64,000 nt of DNA from an uncultured bacterium (GTDB lineage Bacteria > Oederibacteriota > Oederibacteriia > Oederibacteriales > Oederibacteriaceae). Position 1 is the stretch's first letter, and each line of letters begins with the position of its first letter. The DNA is taken from assembly GCA_965112635.1 (NCBI GenBank), contig OZ218778.1, positions 1,696,001-1,760,000 of the forward strand. The letters are read 5' to 3'. Under the pieces are notes generated by a model, which was given only the letters and a program-made list of their open reading frames with translations, did no database searches and was not told the origin of the DNA. Both the position numbers and the translations under genes were made by a program. This document shows positions 38,796 to 50,013 of the stretch, one piece after another.

Positions 38796-40475
38796 CTAGT
38801 CCTTGGGCAGGGCCAGGACCGCGCCGGTGCTGGCACTAGTGACCATCCGGCAATAGCGGCCCAGCCAGCCGGTGTTGATCTTAGGCTTGGGTTTTTTCCA
38901 GGCCTTGCGGCGTTTGGCCATTTCCGCGGGGCTTATCTTGAGGGTCAGGGTCCGTTTGGGAATATTGATAAGGATGGTATCGTTGTTCTTGATGAAGGCG
39001 ATGGGCCCGCCCTCGGCCGCTTCGGGGCTGATATGCCCGATGCATGTGCCAGCCGTACCGCCGGAAAAACGGCCATCGGTCAAAAGGGCCACTTTGTTGC
39101 CCAATCCCTGTCCGATGATCTTGGAGGTCGGGGAAAGCATTTCCGGCATGCCCGGTCCGCCCCGCGGTCCTTCGTAACGTACGACCACCACGTGGCCCGG
39201 CTTGACCTGGCGCTTTTCCAGAGCCTCTAGGACCTCGTCCTGGGAGTTAAAAGTTATTGCCTTGCCCTCGAAGACCAGGCACTCGGGGTCCACACCGGCT
39301 GCCTTGACCACGGCTCCGTCCGGAGCCAGGTTGCCGAACAACACGGCCAGACCGCCGTCCTGGGAAAAGGGGTCGTTTATGCTGCGGATGACCTTGGGGT
39401 TCTTTATCTCTGCGTTGGCGATGTTCTCGCCCAAAGTTTTACCGGTCACCGTCAGGGTGTCCAGGTTGAGAAGACCTTTTTTCTTGGAAATCTCCCTGAG
39501 GATCGCGGAAATACCGCCGGCCTGGTCCACGTCCTGGATATGCACGTCCCGTTTGGACGGAGAGACCTTGCAGATACAGGGTGTTTTGGCCGAAATTTCA
39601 TTGACCCGCTCCAGTTGATAGCTGACGCCGGCCTCGTGGGCGATGGCAAAGGAGTGCAGGACCGTGTTGGTGGAGCCACCCATGGCCATATCCAGGCTAA
39701 AGGCGTTGTCCAATGACTTTTTGGTCACAATATCGCGGGGCTTGATGTCCTTTTCCAAAATGACCATGACCTGGCGTGCGGTAGCCTTGGCCAGTTCGGT
39801 ACGCCGTGGGTCAACGGCCAGGATGGTGCCGTTGCCGGGCAGGGCCAAGCCGATGGCTTCCAATAGGCAGTTCATGGAATTGGCCGTGAACATTCCAGCG
39901 CAGGAACCGCAACCCGGGCAGGCGACGCGCTCCATAACCTCTAGGGCTGAGGCGGTGATCTTGCCGGCCTGGAACTCGCCCACGCTGTCAAAGATGTTGA
40001 TGAGGTCTACGGAGGTGCCGCTCTTGGTGACCCCGGCCTTCATGGCGCCGCCGCTCAAAAAGATGGTGGGGATGTTGAGCCGCAGGCTGCCCATGACCAT
40101 GCCGGGAGTGATCTTGTCGCAGTTGGTGATGCAGATGAGCGCGTCAAAGCAGTGGGCCATGACCATGGTCTCCACGGAGTCGGCGATGAGTTCGCGGCTG
40201 GGCAGGGAGTAGCGCATGCCCAGATGCCCCATGGTGATGCCGTCGTCCACGGCAATGGTGTTGAACTCAAAAGGCACACCGCCGGCCTTCCTGACTTCAT
40301 CCTTGACCACCTGGGCCAGCTTGTTGAGGTGGACGTGGCCGGGGCAGATGTCCGTGTAGGAGTTGGCGATGCCTATAAACGGTTTGGCCATGTCCTCGTC
40401 TTTGACGCCAGCGGCCCGTAAGAGCCCGCGGGAGCCCGCCCGGTCATAGCCTTTTTTAATTGCATCAGATCTCAT
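38796..40475 (-). CDS. ilvD: Dihydroxy-acid dehydratase
   Basis: [46 protein letters not shown]. Confidence 0.97.
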   Translation of the reverse strand: MRSDAIKKGYDRAGSRGLLRAAGVKDEDMAKPFIGIANSYTDICPGHVHLNKLAQVVKDEVRKAGGVPFEFNTIAVDDGITMGHLGMRYSLPSRELIADSVETMVMAHCFDALICITNCDKITPGMVMGSLRLNIPTIFLSGGAMKAGVTKSGTSVDLINIFDSVGEFQAGKITASALEVMERVACPGCGSCAGMFTANSMNCLLEAIGLALPGNGTILAVDPRRTELAKATARQVMVILEKDIKPRDIVTKKSLDNAFSLDMAMGGSTNTVLHSFAIAHEAGVSYQLERVNEISAKTPCICKVSPSKRDVHIQDVDQAGGISAILREISKKKGLLNLDTLTVTGKTLGENIANAEIKNPKVIRSINDPFSQDGGLAVLFGNLAPDGAVVKAAGVDPECLVFEGKAITFNSQDEVLEALEKRQVKPGHVVVVRYEGPRGGPGMPEMLSPTSKIIGQGLGNKVALLTDGRFSGGTAGTCIGHISPEAAEGGPIAFIKNNDTILINIPKRTLTLKISPAEMAKRRKAWKKPKPKINTGWLGRYCRMVTSASTGAVLALPKD

Positions 40476-40494
40476 TAGTAAAACCTCCCGTGAT

Positions 40495-41502
40495 TTATTT
40501 CAACAACTCATTAACTTTTTTCATGACCTCAAAAGCATCGGCAACATAGAGCACATCGGCCTTGCCCCTGGCCCAGCCGCAGTTGGCGTCCAGGTTGATG
40601 GCCCGGCGCTCGTTGATGAAACGCCAGCCCACGGCATGCGGCTCTTCGCCGTGGCAGCAGGTGGACAGTCCTTTGGGGTGCCTGGGGATGGAGCCGGTCT
40701 GGCCGACCTGGTGCATATGGGTCAGGAAAGACAGGGTTTCCCCGCCTTCGCCCTGGATGTCCACCAGGGATTTGCTGCTGCCCAAGGAGGCCTTGGATTT
40801 ACGGATAAAATTGAGGATGTGTTCCGTGGCTTCTTTGATATGGGTTTGTCCGTCCGCCTGCTTTTTGGTCCAGCCTGCGCCAGCCACGAAAAGCAGGGCC
40901 GCGTCAGGACGGATAGTCTGCTCACCGGTAGAAACGGATTTGATAGCCGTGACCTTGGTTTTTAAGGCTGGCAAAGACACGCTGATGTTTTCCGCTGTAG
41001 CATTCCCCGGTTCCAGTTTCTTGTACTCCTGGCTGGCCGGTTCAACGAGGATAAACCAGGGTTTATGGGTTCTCTGAACCTGGACCTCGATGCGCTGGCG
41101 GTAAACCCAGCGCGTGACAGTCAGAACGCCGCTGTTTTGCTCCAGTTTAGTGACATGGCTATCTGAGCGGCCATTGAGGCGCTGGCCGACCCCCGCGAGG
41201 ACCCGGCTAAACCTGGAAGTAGCCGATGCCACGACCACCTCCGGGCCAACTGCCTTGACCAAGGCCTCGACTGCTGCACTGTCGCTGCTGTAACGGGCTG
41301 AGGCAAATTCAACCCCGCTGACGGATAGGATTTTGTCAGCGCCGGCATTGGCCAGGTTCTTGGCCGCTTCCTTGGTGTCCTGGCCGATGATCCCGAGGGT
41401 AAATTTAGCTCCGAGCGCTTGGACAGCTCCCAAAACCTCAAAAACAGGTTTGGCCAGTTGGCCATCAGGTTCCGTATGGGCTAGGACCAGAACTTTATCC
41501 AT
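40495..41502 (-). CDS. etfA: Electron transfer flavoprotein alpha subunit (divergent)
   Basis: [23 protein letters not shown]; follows the ETF beta-like gene. Confidence 0.82.
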   Translation of the reverse strand: MDKVLVLAHTEPDGQLAKPVFEVLGAVQALGAKFTLGIIGQDTKEAAKNLANAGADKILSVSGVEFASARYSSDSAAVEALVKAVGPEVVVASATSRFSRVLAGVGQRLNGRSDSHVTKLEQNSGVLTVTRWVYRQRIEVQVQRTHKPWFILVEPASQEYKKLEPGNATAENISVSLPALKTKVTAIKSVSTGEQTIRPDAALLFVAGAGWTKKQADGQTHIKEATEHILNFIRKSKASLGSSKSLVDIQGEGGETLSFLTHMHQVGQTGSIPRHPKGLSTCCHGEEPHAVGWRFINERRAINLDANCGWARGKADVLYVADAFEVMKKVNELLK

Positions 41503-41510
41503 TGTTTCTC

Positions 41511-42323
41511 CTACTCGTTGGATATCCAGGCCACGATCTCTTTGGCGATATCGACGGCCGGCATATTTTTAACTATCTTGGTCTCCCGCTGCTGCTTGGG
41601 GGTGGCGGCCGCCAGGTATTTGGAGCCTTCAGCCCCGGATTTGACAAGTTGGGCTTTTTGCAGGGAAGGCATCACCGTGCGCATATTGGCCATGCCGACC
41701 TGGGGATTATTGGCTGGTTCGGCCAAAGTGCCGGTGGCCCAACCCAAAACAGCCGGAGCAGAACTGCAGACCGAAACCTGGTGATTGCCGCCCTCGACCC
41801 TTTCCAAAACTTGGAAAGACCCATCCTCGTTGATTGTGATTTCGTCCACTCCCTGGAACTGGTCCGTGATACCCAAAAGCTCTCCGACCATCTGCAGGGT
41901 GGCACCCTGTCCGCGGGAAGCCGACTCCCATCCTCCGAAAACCAATACTTTGGAGAGGTCCAGGCCGGGGATGGACTTGATGGCCTGGCTAATGGCCTGG
42001 GCCGAGTCCGTGGCCTCGCTAAAGCCGCCACTAGGCCCGTCCAGGGCCACAAGTTCAAAGGGCACTTTTTGGGAGACGGTCATCATGACCTGCTGGAGTT
42101 TGGCTTTGGGAGCGTGGCTTACCAGATACACTTTGGAACCAGGGGCTTTTTTGGCCAAGTTGGCGGCCTCATAAAGGGAAATAGACGCCCAGGGGTCCAG
42201 GATAGCCGGCAAAAGCATCTCGTTTTTTAAACCCGGTCCGGTCGGTCCCATCATAGGTTCCAGGGTCTGTAAGGGGTCAGGCACGATCCCCGCGCAAACC
42301 ACGATCTGATAGGCTGTTGGCAT
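41511..42323 (-). CDS. etfB: Electron transfer flavoprotein beta subunit (divergent)
   Basis: IVVC...VPD, LDPW....LYEA, FGGWES, ERVEGG. Confidence 0.82.
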   Translation of the reverse strand: MPTAYQIVVCAGIVPDPLQTLEPMMGPTGPGLKNEMLLPAILDPWASISLYEAANLAKKAPGSKVYLVSHAPKAKLQQVMMTVSQKVPFELVALDGPSGGFSEATDSAQAISQAIKSIPGLDLSKVLVFGGWESASRGQGATLQMVGELLGITDQFQGVDEITINEDGSFQVLERVEGGNHQVSVCSSAPAVLGWATGTLAEPANNPQVGMANMRTVMPSLQKAQLVKSGAEGSKYLAAATPKQQRETKIVKNMPAVDIAKEIVAWISNE

Positions 42324-42500
42324 TGGTTTCCCTTCTTTTATTCAGTTAAAAAGACCAGCAGGTATTTTAACTAAAAAAAGCTGTTTTATCCTCTTAATTT
42401 TCATTAATCCTAGCGGACAAAAGCCTGGCCCCTATAAGTTTTAGGGGTATTTTGATATTATCCTCCTAATATTTATTCGCTCATACTTAAGGGAGGTTCC

Positions 42501-43544
42501 ATGACATCCAAAGAGCGTTGGCGCGCAGTTCTTTCCCGCAAGGCGGTAGACCATATCCCCTGCGATTACTGGGGCACGGCAGAAACCACGACTAAGATCA
42601 GGCAAGCCCTGGGATGCCGGACCGATGAAGAAATAAGTACCAAGCTGAAAATTGACGCGGCTGCCGGCCTGGACCTCACCCTCCATGACCCCTATGCGGC
42701 TGAGCGCAACGGCGCGGATGTCTGGTGGGTCAAACACCAGGAAATGAACTACGCGGGCGGCAGCGGCTCCTACAGCGAGGCTGTGGAATGCCCTTTGGCC
42801 AAATTGCAGACCGTGGAAGAGCTAAAAAAGTTCCGCTGGCCCGAACCCTCCTGGTGGACCGTTGAAAACATCCCGGAACAGTTGGAAAAGTACAAGAACC
42901 AGGCTTTGTTTGGCGGGTATTATTCGCCGTTCTATTATTATGGCAATATGCGCGGGGTGGAGCAGTCCCTGCTGGACTTGGCGGAGAACCCGGAGTTCGT
43001 GGAGGAGGCCATCGAGCGGCTGTTCCAGATACACTACGGCCTCATCGAGAACACTCTCAAAGCCGCCAAGGGTTGCGTGGATTTCGTGCAGGTGACCGAG
43101 GACTTGGGTACCCAGGAAAGCCTGGTGATGAGTCTCCCTATGTTCCGCAGGCTTTTGAAACCGAGAATGATTAAGATGATCAAGATGATCCACAGCTACG
43201 GCGCCTGGGTTTTCCACCACGACGACGGAGCCATCAGGCCGGTCATCCCGGACTTGATCGACGCGGGCATTGACGTGCTCAATCCCATCCAGTGGCGCTG
43301 TCCGGGCATGGATCGCGACGCCCTCAAAAAGGATTTTGGGAGCCGCTTGGTGTTCCACGGCGGGGTGGACAACCAGCAGACCCTGCCTTTTGGCACTCCC
43401 AAAGAGGTGCGGGAAGAGGTGCGGTATAACGCCAGGGTCTTGGGGCAGGGAGGCGGGTATATCATCGCGCCATGCCATAACATCCAACCCATCACTCCCG
43501 TGGAAAACATCGTTGCCATGTACGACGAGATCCAAAAACTGTAG
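42501..43544 (+). CDS. Uroporphyrinogen decarboxylase / MtaA-CmuA family protein
   Basis: MTSKER, RG.EQ.L.DL, DLGTQ, HDDG, FHGGVD, LPFGTP.EV, GYIIAPCHNIQ. Confidence 0.88.
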   Translation: MTSKERWRAVLSRKAVDHIPCDYWGTAETTTKIRQALGCRTDEEISTKLKIDAAAGLDLTLHDPYAAERNGADVWWVKHQEMNYAGGSGSYSEAVECPLAKLQTVEELKKFRWPEPSWWTVENIPEQLEKYKNQALFGGYYSPFYYYGNMRGVEQSLLDLAENPEFVEEAIERLFQIHYGLIENTLKAAKGCVDFVQVTEDLGTQESLVMSLPMFRRLLKPRMIKMIKMIHSYGAWVFHHDDGAIRPVIPDLIDAGIDVLNPIQWRCPGMDRDALKKDFGSRLVFHGGVDNQQTLPFGTPKEVREEVRYNARVLGQGGGYIIAPCHNIQPITPVENIVAMYDEIQKL

Positions 43545-43581
43545 CCTGTTCCGCCTCGCGAAAAAAGGGAGTTGAGCCCAT

Positions 43582-44574
43582 TTGACCGCTAACATTATTA
43601 CCATCCTGCTCAGCCTTGCCGTTATCCTTTTCTCCTGCCAGTTGTTCGTCAATGCCGTAGAATGGCTGGGCCGCCTGCTCAAGGTCAGGCAGGGGGTCGT
43701 GGGAAGCATCCTGGCCGCCCTGGGCACAGCCATGCCCGAAACCGTTGTTCCGCTTATCGCCATCCTATTCACCGGCACCGCGGCGGGAATGGATATTGGA
43801 ATGGGGTCCATCATTGGCGCCCCTTTTATGCTTTCCACGCTGTCTTTGTGCATCACAGGTGCCAGCGTGTTCGTCTTTACCTGGATGGGACGGAGGAAGG
43901 TCAAAATCACCGCGGACAAAAAACTCCTGGCCAAAGACCTGTCATTTTTCATTGTTTTTTACCTGGTTGCGGTGCTGTCCTCTTTTATCCCTGGTTATAC
44001 CTGGCATCTGTGGATCGGCCTTGGCCTTTTGTGTTCCTACGCCTTTTATGTCAGGGTCACCCTGGTTTCCGGGTCGTTTCTTGAGGAAAAACTGGAAGTC
44101 CTTCTGGCCAAAAAATATTTGGGTTTGAATCCGGGGATGGCCGTAGTGGTGTTGCAGCTCCTGGTCAGCGTGGGACTCTTAACCGCCGGAGCGCATTTTT
44201 TTGTGGGAGCTTTGGCCGACATCGCGGCCAGCCTGGGAGCCAGCCCGTTCCTGCTGTCTCTCCTGATCACACCTGTAGTTACAGAGCTTCCGGAAAAGTT
44301 CAATTCGGTCATCTGGATGGGAAGGAAAAAGGATACCCTGGCTTTGGGCAATGTCACGGGCTCCATGGTCTTTCAGTGCTGTTTTCCCATGGTCATCGGC
44401 ATGCTTTTTACGCCCTGGCACCTGAGTGGACTGACCCTCGTGGTCAGCCTCCTGACCCTTGTCTCGGCCGGCATGGTCCTTACCTGGGTCAAAACCCGGC
44501 GCTCTATCAATCCTTATGTCCTCATGTCCTGCGGTTTGTTTTACCTGGTTTTGCTGGGGTATATGCTGGTCTAG
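43582..44574 (+). CDS. Sodium:calcium antiporter (CaCA family)
   Basis: Alpha repeats GTAMPE and TELPE, GNVTGS; ~10 TM. Confidence 0.88.
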   Translation: MTANIITILLSLAVILFSCQLFVNAVEWLGRLLKVRQGVVGSILAALGTAMPETVVPLIAILFTGTAAGMDIGMGSIIGAPFMLSTLSLCITGASVFVFTWMGRRKVKITADKKLLAKDLSFFIVFYLVAVLSSFIPGYTWHLWIGLGLLCSYAFYVRVTLVSGSFLEEKLEVLLAKKYLGLNPGMAVVVLQLLVSVGLLTAGAHFFVGALADIAASLGASPFLLSLLITPVVTELPEKFNSVIWMGRKKDTLALGNVTGSMVFQCCFPMVIGMLFTPWHLSGLTLVVSLLTLVSAGMVLTWVKTRRSINPYVLMSCGLFYLVLLGYMLV

Positions 44575-44709
44575 CCGTTCAGGCCAGCCGAGGAGTAACA
44601 AAAATAATAAATTCTTCAGCTTTAATTTAATAAGGCTGGATTTGAGGTAGAATTATCTCAGGTGGGGGCAGGTATCTATTGAATCTTATACTAAAAAACC
44701 ACGAGGGGG

Positions 44710-45057
44710 GTGAAAACAGTGAAAATTATCAAAATAATATTACTAGTCATCTTGGCATTTACTTTAGGCGGAGCTTCTTTAGTGCTCGCCCAGACAGCGG
44801 CTGTTACTCCGACAGCGGACCAGACGACTCTGGATTTGCAGAATAAAGTAAAAGCGGAGGCTATGGTAGTCAAGGCTGACAGGGCCAAACTGAGAAAGGA
44901 CATGATGACTAATGACACCGCGGCGGTCGCGGCGGACAGAGCTCAGTTAAGAATAGACATGAAAAAGTTAATAACCGATGATGCCAAGCTGAGAGATGCC
45001 ACGGGGCCATTAAGGCCTACAAAAAAGTCCTATATGAAAACTCCGACATATAAATAA
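44710..45057 (+). CDS. Small secreted helical hypothetical protein
   Basis: Signal peptide (VLA/Q), repeated ADRA(K/Q)LR.D motif, GAGGGGG SD. Confidence 0.7.
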   Translation: MKTVKIIKIILLVILAFTLGGASLVLAQTAAVTPTADQTTLDLQNKVKAEAMVVKADRAKLRKDMMTNDTAAVAADRAQLRIDMKKLITDDAKLRDATGPLRPTKKSYMKTPTYK

Positions 45058-45231
45058 TGATTTTACAAAGGTCAAAAGAAAGGGGAAGCAATTTTTCCGC
45101 TTTCCTTGAATTTTTAGCCTTGTTCCTGGGTCAAAACCCGCCAATCCAGCAAACCTGAAGACCTTTTAATTCGCAAAATATACGCTAAACTTATGGGAAA
45201 ATCTTCTTGAAATGGGAGTGTTGCTAAAGCG

Positions 45232-48162
45232 GTGAAGAAAACCTTTTTATGGTCATTCATTCTGGTCAGCCTGGTGTTGAGTTTGCCTCAGCCAGCCTTT
45301 TCCTACCAGACCTACGGCGATGCTTTTAACCTGGCCTATGAGCTGTATGTGAACAACAGTTTTTACTTGGCCCGCAATGATTTTAACTCCCTGTTATGCC
45401 AGCAAGCCATTCCCGCGCCAGAACCAGACGCCCTGCTGCTCAGCGCTGACTCTTCCTATTATTTAGACAGCGACAGGGTGGCGATGAAAGACTTTTACAC
45501 CCTGCGTTTAAAATACCCTGATGCGGCCTATTACCGGGATGCTTATTACCGGGAAGGCGAGATCTTGTTCCGCAACGGGGCCTATGGCAAAGCCATCAGC
45601 TCTTTTCACCAGGTCATCAACCGGGGCGCGGACGACGACATGCATTTCAAGGCTGAGTTCCTGACCGGCGAAAGCTATATGGCCCTCAAGCAGTACAAAG
45701 AGGCAGCCGAATGTTTCAGTGACCTGGCCGCTGACCAGGAGCTGTTTTTCTGCGACCTGGCCCTCTTGGAATGGGCCAAGGACCTGTATCTATACGGCGC
45801 TCCCAAGCACAGCCTGGACAAGATCAAGCAATTTGAGGACACCTATCCCCATTCCAGGCTTTTGAACGAGGCCCTGTATTGGAAAGCCAGGGACTGCGAA
45901 GACCTGATCGACATCACGGATATGCAGGCGGCCTACGAGCAGCTGTTCAAGATATCCCCGGAAAAGAGCATCTGGGAGTCCGAGGCGCTCTACGGCCTGG
46001 GTCTGGCCCAGGAAAAACAAGCCCACTACGACACGGCCATGGAAAAGTTTAGCAGCGTGGCGGACCGCAATGTCAACAGCGAGATCGTGTCCCGGTCCCT
46101 GTTCCATATCGGGTTTTGCCTGGCCAAGACCGGGGCCTATGACAAGGCCAAGGAGTTCTTTCAAAAGGCCCTGAGCCAGTCCTCGCAGAGCGAAATGGCC
46201 GGCGCTTCCCAGTACGCCCTGGGCTGGCTGGCCGCCAAGCAGAACCGCTTTGAAACCGCCCTGACCGAATACGAGAAGCTCTCCAGCATCTATCCCCAGG
46301 GGCTTTTGGGCACGCAGGGGGAATACGCCCAGGCCGGCAGTCTCTACAGCCTGGGCAAATATGACGAGGCCCTGGCACTTTACCAGAAAGTTTCCGAGGA
46401 AAAGCCCATGAGCCAGATCACCTGGGGGGCCCGTTTTGGGATGGCCAGGGTTTACCAGAAAAAGCAGGAAAAAGAAAAGGCTTTGGAGTTGTTCCAGAAC
46501 ATCGTGGCGGACAGCGATTCCGTGCAGTGGGCCGCTTTCAGCCAGTACGCCATCGGCGAATACTGGTACGAGCGGGGAGACCTGGCCAAGGCCAGGGACG
46601 AATACGAAAAGGTCGTGAAAAACTACCCGGATACGGATACCGTGGTGCTGGCCCTGGTGTCCTCGGGCTGGTGCAGGTTCCAGCTCCAGGATTACGACAA
46701 GGCCTGGTCCAACCTCAACGATGCCGTGGCCAAACGCAGCGCGGCGGCTATGAGGCCGTGGATTGAGAACCTGATGGGCGACATCCAGTTCAACCAAAAA
46801 AAATACGAGAACGCCATCAAGACCTACGACCAGGTGATGCAGATCGCGCCGGACAGCGCGGATATGGTGCGGGCCCTGATGCAAAAAGGGTGGTGCTACT
46901 ACCGGCTCCACGACGACGCCAAGGCCAGGGAGGTCTGGTTGAAAATAGCCGGGCAGTACCCGGACACGCCGGAAGGGCCCCAGGCCCAGTACTGGGAGGC
47001 CTGGGTGCTTTTCAGCGCCAACAAATACGACGAGGCGAGGGTGGAGTTCCAGAAGATGCTGGACGCCTATCCCAAACAGCACCCGCTTTGCCCGGACGCC
47101 CTGCTGCACCTAGGGGACTGCTATTACAACACGGCCAAGTATGACGACTGTATCAAGGCTTACCAAAGGTTTTTGGACGCCTATCCCCAGAGCCCCAAGG
47201 TGGCGGAAGCCCTTTACGGCCTGCAGTGGGGCTACGCCCAGATGGGCAAGACCCAGGAATCTTTGGAAGTGGGCAAGCAGTTCCTCAACCGCTACAGCGA
47301 CCATCCCCTGAGCAACGAGGTCCTGTATTACCAGGCCGAAGTCTACCTCAAGGATAACGACATCAAGGACGCCATCGCCAGTTTTAGCAAGATCGTGGCC
47401 AAGGCGCCCACCTCGGAACTGGGCCAGAGGGCCCAAATGGCTACGGCCCAGGCCTATGAAAAAGGCGGTTTGGACAACCTGGCCCTGGACACCTATTCCC
47501 AGATCGTGGCCAAGAACCCCAAAGGCCAGTTCGGGGCAGAGGCGCTGTTCCATATGGCCTCCATCAATTTCCGGGGAGGTTCGTATGACCAGGCCCTGGA
47601 AAATTACCAGAAGATACTGGACCTTTTCCCGGATTCCAACCTGACCGTGCAGACCCTTTTTAACTTGGCCATCACTTACAAAAAGATGGGCAAGGCCCAG
47701 CAGGCCCTGGACCTGTGGAAAAAAGTGGGGGAAAAATTTCCCCAGAGCAATTTGGCTGACCAGGCCCTGATGCAGTCCGGCCTGATGATGGAGGACAATA
47801 AGGATCTGGATCAGGCCCTGTCCTATTACGACAAGGCTTCCCAGTCCCCAAACAGGGCCGTGGCCGCCGAGGCGCTGTTCTGGATGGCGGGCTGTTATGA
47901 AAAGAAGGACTCCGCAGATAAGGCCGTGGAGGTTTACCAAAAAATAGGGGACAGCTACAAGGACCAGGACATGTGGGCGTCCACAGCCCTGGCCAAGGTC
48001 GCGGAGCTCGATATTAAAAAGGGCAAGTTCGACGAAGCAGCCAAAGTCTACCAGCAGATCATCAGCCAGACCACCAATAAGGAATGGAGCAGCGCGGCGC
48101 AGAAGAGGCTGGACGCTCTCAAATCCCAGGCAGGGAGCAAGGATAATACCCATGCGAAATAG
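45232..48162 (+). CDS. Large periplasmic TPR-repeat protein (CpoB/BamD-type repeats)
   Basis: Signal peptide; many repeats of the ..YP.S....A.Y..G pattern along the whole length. Confidence 0.88.
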   Translation: MKKTFLWSFILVSLVLSLPQPAFSYQTYGDAFNLAYELYVNNSFYLARNDFNSLLCQQAIPAPEPDALLLSADSSYYLDSDRVAMKDFYTLRLKYPDAAYYRDAYYREGEILFRNGAYGKAISSFHQVINRGADDDMHFKAEFLTGESYMALKQYKEAAECFSDLAADQELFFCDLALLEWAKDLYLYGAPKHSLDKIKQFEDTYPHSRLLNEALYWKARDCEDLIDITDMQAAYEQLFKISPEKSIWESEALYGLGLAQEKQAHYDTAMEKFSSVADRNVNSEIVSRSLFHIGFCLAKTGAYDKAKEFFQKALSQSSQSEMAGASQYALGWLAAKQNRFETALTEYEKLSSIYPQGLLGTQGEYAQAGSLYSLGKYDEALALYQKVSEEKPMSQITWGARFGMARVYQKKQEKEKALELFQNIVADSDSVQWAAFSQYAIGEYWYERGDLAKARDEYEKVVKNYPDTDTVVLALVSSGWCRFQLQDYDKAWSNLNDAVAKRSAAAMRPWIENLMGDIQFNQKKYENAIKTYDQVMQIAPDSADMVRALMQKGWCYYRLHDDAKAREVWLKIAGQYPDTPEGPQAQYWEAWVLFSANKYDEARVEFQKMLDAYPKQHPLCPDALLHLGDCYYNTAKYDDCIKAYQRFLDAYPQSPKVAEALYGLQWGYAQMGKTQESLEVGKQFLNRYSDHPLSNEVLYYQAEVYLKDNDIKDAIASFSKIVAKAPTSELGQRAQMATAQAYEKGGLDNLALDTYSQIVAKNPKGQFGAEALFHMASINFRGGSYDQALENYQKILDLFPDSNLTVQTLFNLAITYKKMGKAQQALDLWKKVGEKFPQSNLADQALMQSGLMMEDNKDLDQALSYYDKASQSPNRAVAAEALFWMAGCYEKKDSADKAVEVYQKIGDSYKDQDMWASTALAKVAELDIKKGKFDEAAKVYQQIISQTTNKEWSSAAQKRLDALKSQAGSKDNTHAK

Positions 48163-49816
48163 GATATTTACGGCTTTGGGCATTCTATTTTTAACGGTTT
48201 GCTGGTCTGGGGCACAGCAGGCCCAATCACAGGCCAAGCCGCAGGAGGCCCAGCCCCTGCAGGGCCAGCAGGAAGACCAGCTCCTGCTTCGCATCCCGGA
48301 TGTCATCGTGACGGGCGAGAACGAGTCGCTGCTGGCCTCCCAGGGCAAAAAAGAGGCCCTGTCCGACACCCTGCTCAACTTCGATCTCAACCAGGTGGGC
48401 GACATGCTCAAACCGGCGGCGCCGGGCGGGCTGTCGGTGTTCGACCAGCTCAATGAGAGCAGGCAGGAAAGGGAGAACTACACCAGGCTCAACGCGGACC
48501 TGGGGACCGGGCCGCAATTCTCAGCTGACCTGCTCCATGCCCAGGAAAAAGCCGAGGGCAATCTTCTCTTTGATCTGCACGACGAAGCCCTGGTCAAGCC
48601 CCTGGTGAACGGCCAGAACGACCAGAGCCAGGTTTTCAACGGCATAGGCCAGTTCGGCTACAATTTCAAAGACCATCAGGAGCTCAACGGCGATATCGAG
48701 TACATGAACGGAAGGCTGGACCTGCCCTACGGGGCAACAGCCAACGACCGCCAGCAAAAGAGCGAGTTTGGCGCAAACCTGAACTTCAAGAACGGCGACG
48801 ACGTATACTCCTTTGACCTCCAGCCTTACCTCAATGTGGGCCACCGTGACACCGGTGAAGTCACGGATGACAGTGGCACTTATGGACTGAAGGACCAGTT
48901 CTACACGCCCTTGTACCTGGGAGTGGCTTTCCCGACCATGGTCCAGCAGCAGGGCACCCTGCGGTGGGACAATATCAACACCGGGCCTGGCTCCAGCCAG
49001 GAGGTTTTCGCCCAGCTGAACGCAGACTTGATGGCCGAGCCCGTGAAAATACTCCACTTGAGCGTGGGCGCCAATTTTACGGCCATCCAGAGCCTGGATA
49101 ATACGGAAAGCAGGCTTTTTCCGGAGGCCAGGATCGTCTATGACCTGTCGCCCAGAGCCAGGGTTTTCCTGGCCTACCAGCCTGTCCTCGAGGTACCCAC
49201 TTTCGAGGAGCTTTATTTTGATAAGCCCTACACCAAGGTCAGTCCCTCGCTCTATCCGGAAGAGTCCTACAATGTCTTTGAGCAGGGCATGCAGGGAGCC
49301 GTCACCCGCGATATGGATTTTTCCTACACGGTCTTTTGGAAAGAGACCAGGGGTTTCATCAATCTTTCCGGGCCGGACCAGAACAACCTGTGGACACCCT
49401 ATAACCTTACGGTGGTCAAGCAGCAGGGCATCAGGGTGCGGTTGGGCTGGCAGCCCTTTACTACACTCGATTTAGGCCTAAAATATGAGGGAGTCCAGTT
49501 CAATAACTGCGATTCCGGGGACGCCATCACCTACAGCCCGAGCAGTCGGGTGGGAGTTTCCGGGGTCTGGGACGACAAGACCTGGGAGGTGGACCTGGAC
49601 GGGAGTTGGGCGGACAGCCGGTATTACAACCTGACCGGAGGGTCTCTGACTCCTTACTGGCTGGCCAACCTTACGGTCAAAAGGAAAGATGTGGTCAAGG
49701 GATTGACCTTGTGGCTCAAAGGCGAGAACCTGCTCGGCCAGTCTTACCAGCTCTGGCAAGGATACGAGGAACCCGGGGCCACGGCCCTGGTGGGCCTGAC
49801 CTGGGTAATGCAGTAA
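48152..49816 (+). CDS. Short TonB-dependent-receptor-like outer-membrane beta-barrel
   Basis: Signal peptide, TonB-box-like PDVIVTG, PTFEELY, L.PEES, ENLL...Y....GY..PG C-terminus. Confidence 0.72.
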   Translation: MRNRIFTALGILFLTVCWSGAQQAQSQAKPQEAQPLQGQQEDQLLLRIPDVIVTGENESLLASQGKKEALSDTLLNFDLNQVGDMLKPAAPGGLSVFDQLNESRQERENYTRLNADLGTGPQFSADLLHAQEKAEGNLLFDLHDEALVKPLVNGQNDQSQVFNGIGQFGYNFKDHQELNGDIEYMNGRLDLPYGATANDRQQKSEFGANLNFKNGDDVYSFDLQPYLNVGHRDTGEVTDDSGTYGLKDQFYTPLYLGVAFPTMVQQQGTLRWDNINTGPGSSQEVFAQLNADLMAEPVKILHLSVGANFTAIQSLDNTESRLFPEARIVYDLSPRARVFLAYQPVLEVPTFEELYFDKPYTKVSPSLYPEESYNVFEQGMQGAVTRDMDFSYTVFWKETRGFINLSGPDQNNLWTPYNLTVVKQQGIRVRLGWQPFTTLDLGLKYEGVQFNNCDSGDAITYSPSSRVGVSGVWDDKTWEVDLDGSWADSRYYNLTGGSLTPYWLANLTVKRKDVVKGLTLWLKGENLLGQSYQLWQGYEEPGATALVGLTWVMQ

Positions 49817-49847
49817 TTCTAGCGGTTTGAGGGCAACGGTTTTTTAC

Positions 49848-49986
49848 TTAACAGGTTGCTTAAGAAGTCCCATATCAGGGACTTCTTAAAATTTATTGAG
49901 CTCTAAAACACCGCAAATCCCTGCGGGTTTGCGGTGTAACAGGCTGCTAAAGGACCCTTTATTAGGGTTTTGCAGCAGCCTGTTAA
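49848..49986. repeat. Triple-hairpin element with terminal inverted repeats (MITE/REP-like)
   Basis: TTAACAGGTTGCT ... AGCAGCCTGTTAA (12/13); internal stems TTAAGAAGTCCC/GGGACTTCTTAA, ACACCGCAAATCC/GGGTTTGCGGTGT and TAACAGGCTGCT/AGCAGCCTGTTA. Confidence 0.7.
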
Positions 49987-50013
49987 TTTTATCCAATATT
50001 AAAAGGAGGTCTC

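Noticed and set aside
42394-42420. Possible sixth degenerate ETF-QO end upstream of etfB (minus strand tcc gct ... gaa aat taa)
   Set aside because: Needs a 9-nt insertion and lacks the LH codons; not distinguishable from chance in AT-rich DNA.
43545-43600. yybP-ykoY (Mn2+) riboswitch before the Ca/Na antiporter (AAAGGGAGT)
   Set aside because: The intergenic gap is only 37 bp; the motif is adequately explained as the Shine-Dalgarno.
45790-48453. Two long antisense ORFs (439 and 447 aa) opposite the TPR gene
   Set aside because: Shadow ORFs expected from strong GC3 bias; no motifs or SD. The same applies to 42822-43952 and 61960-62988.
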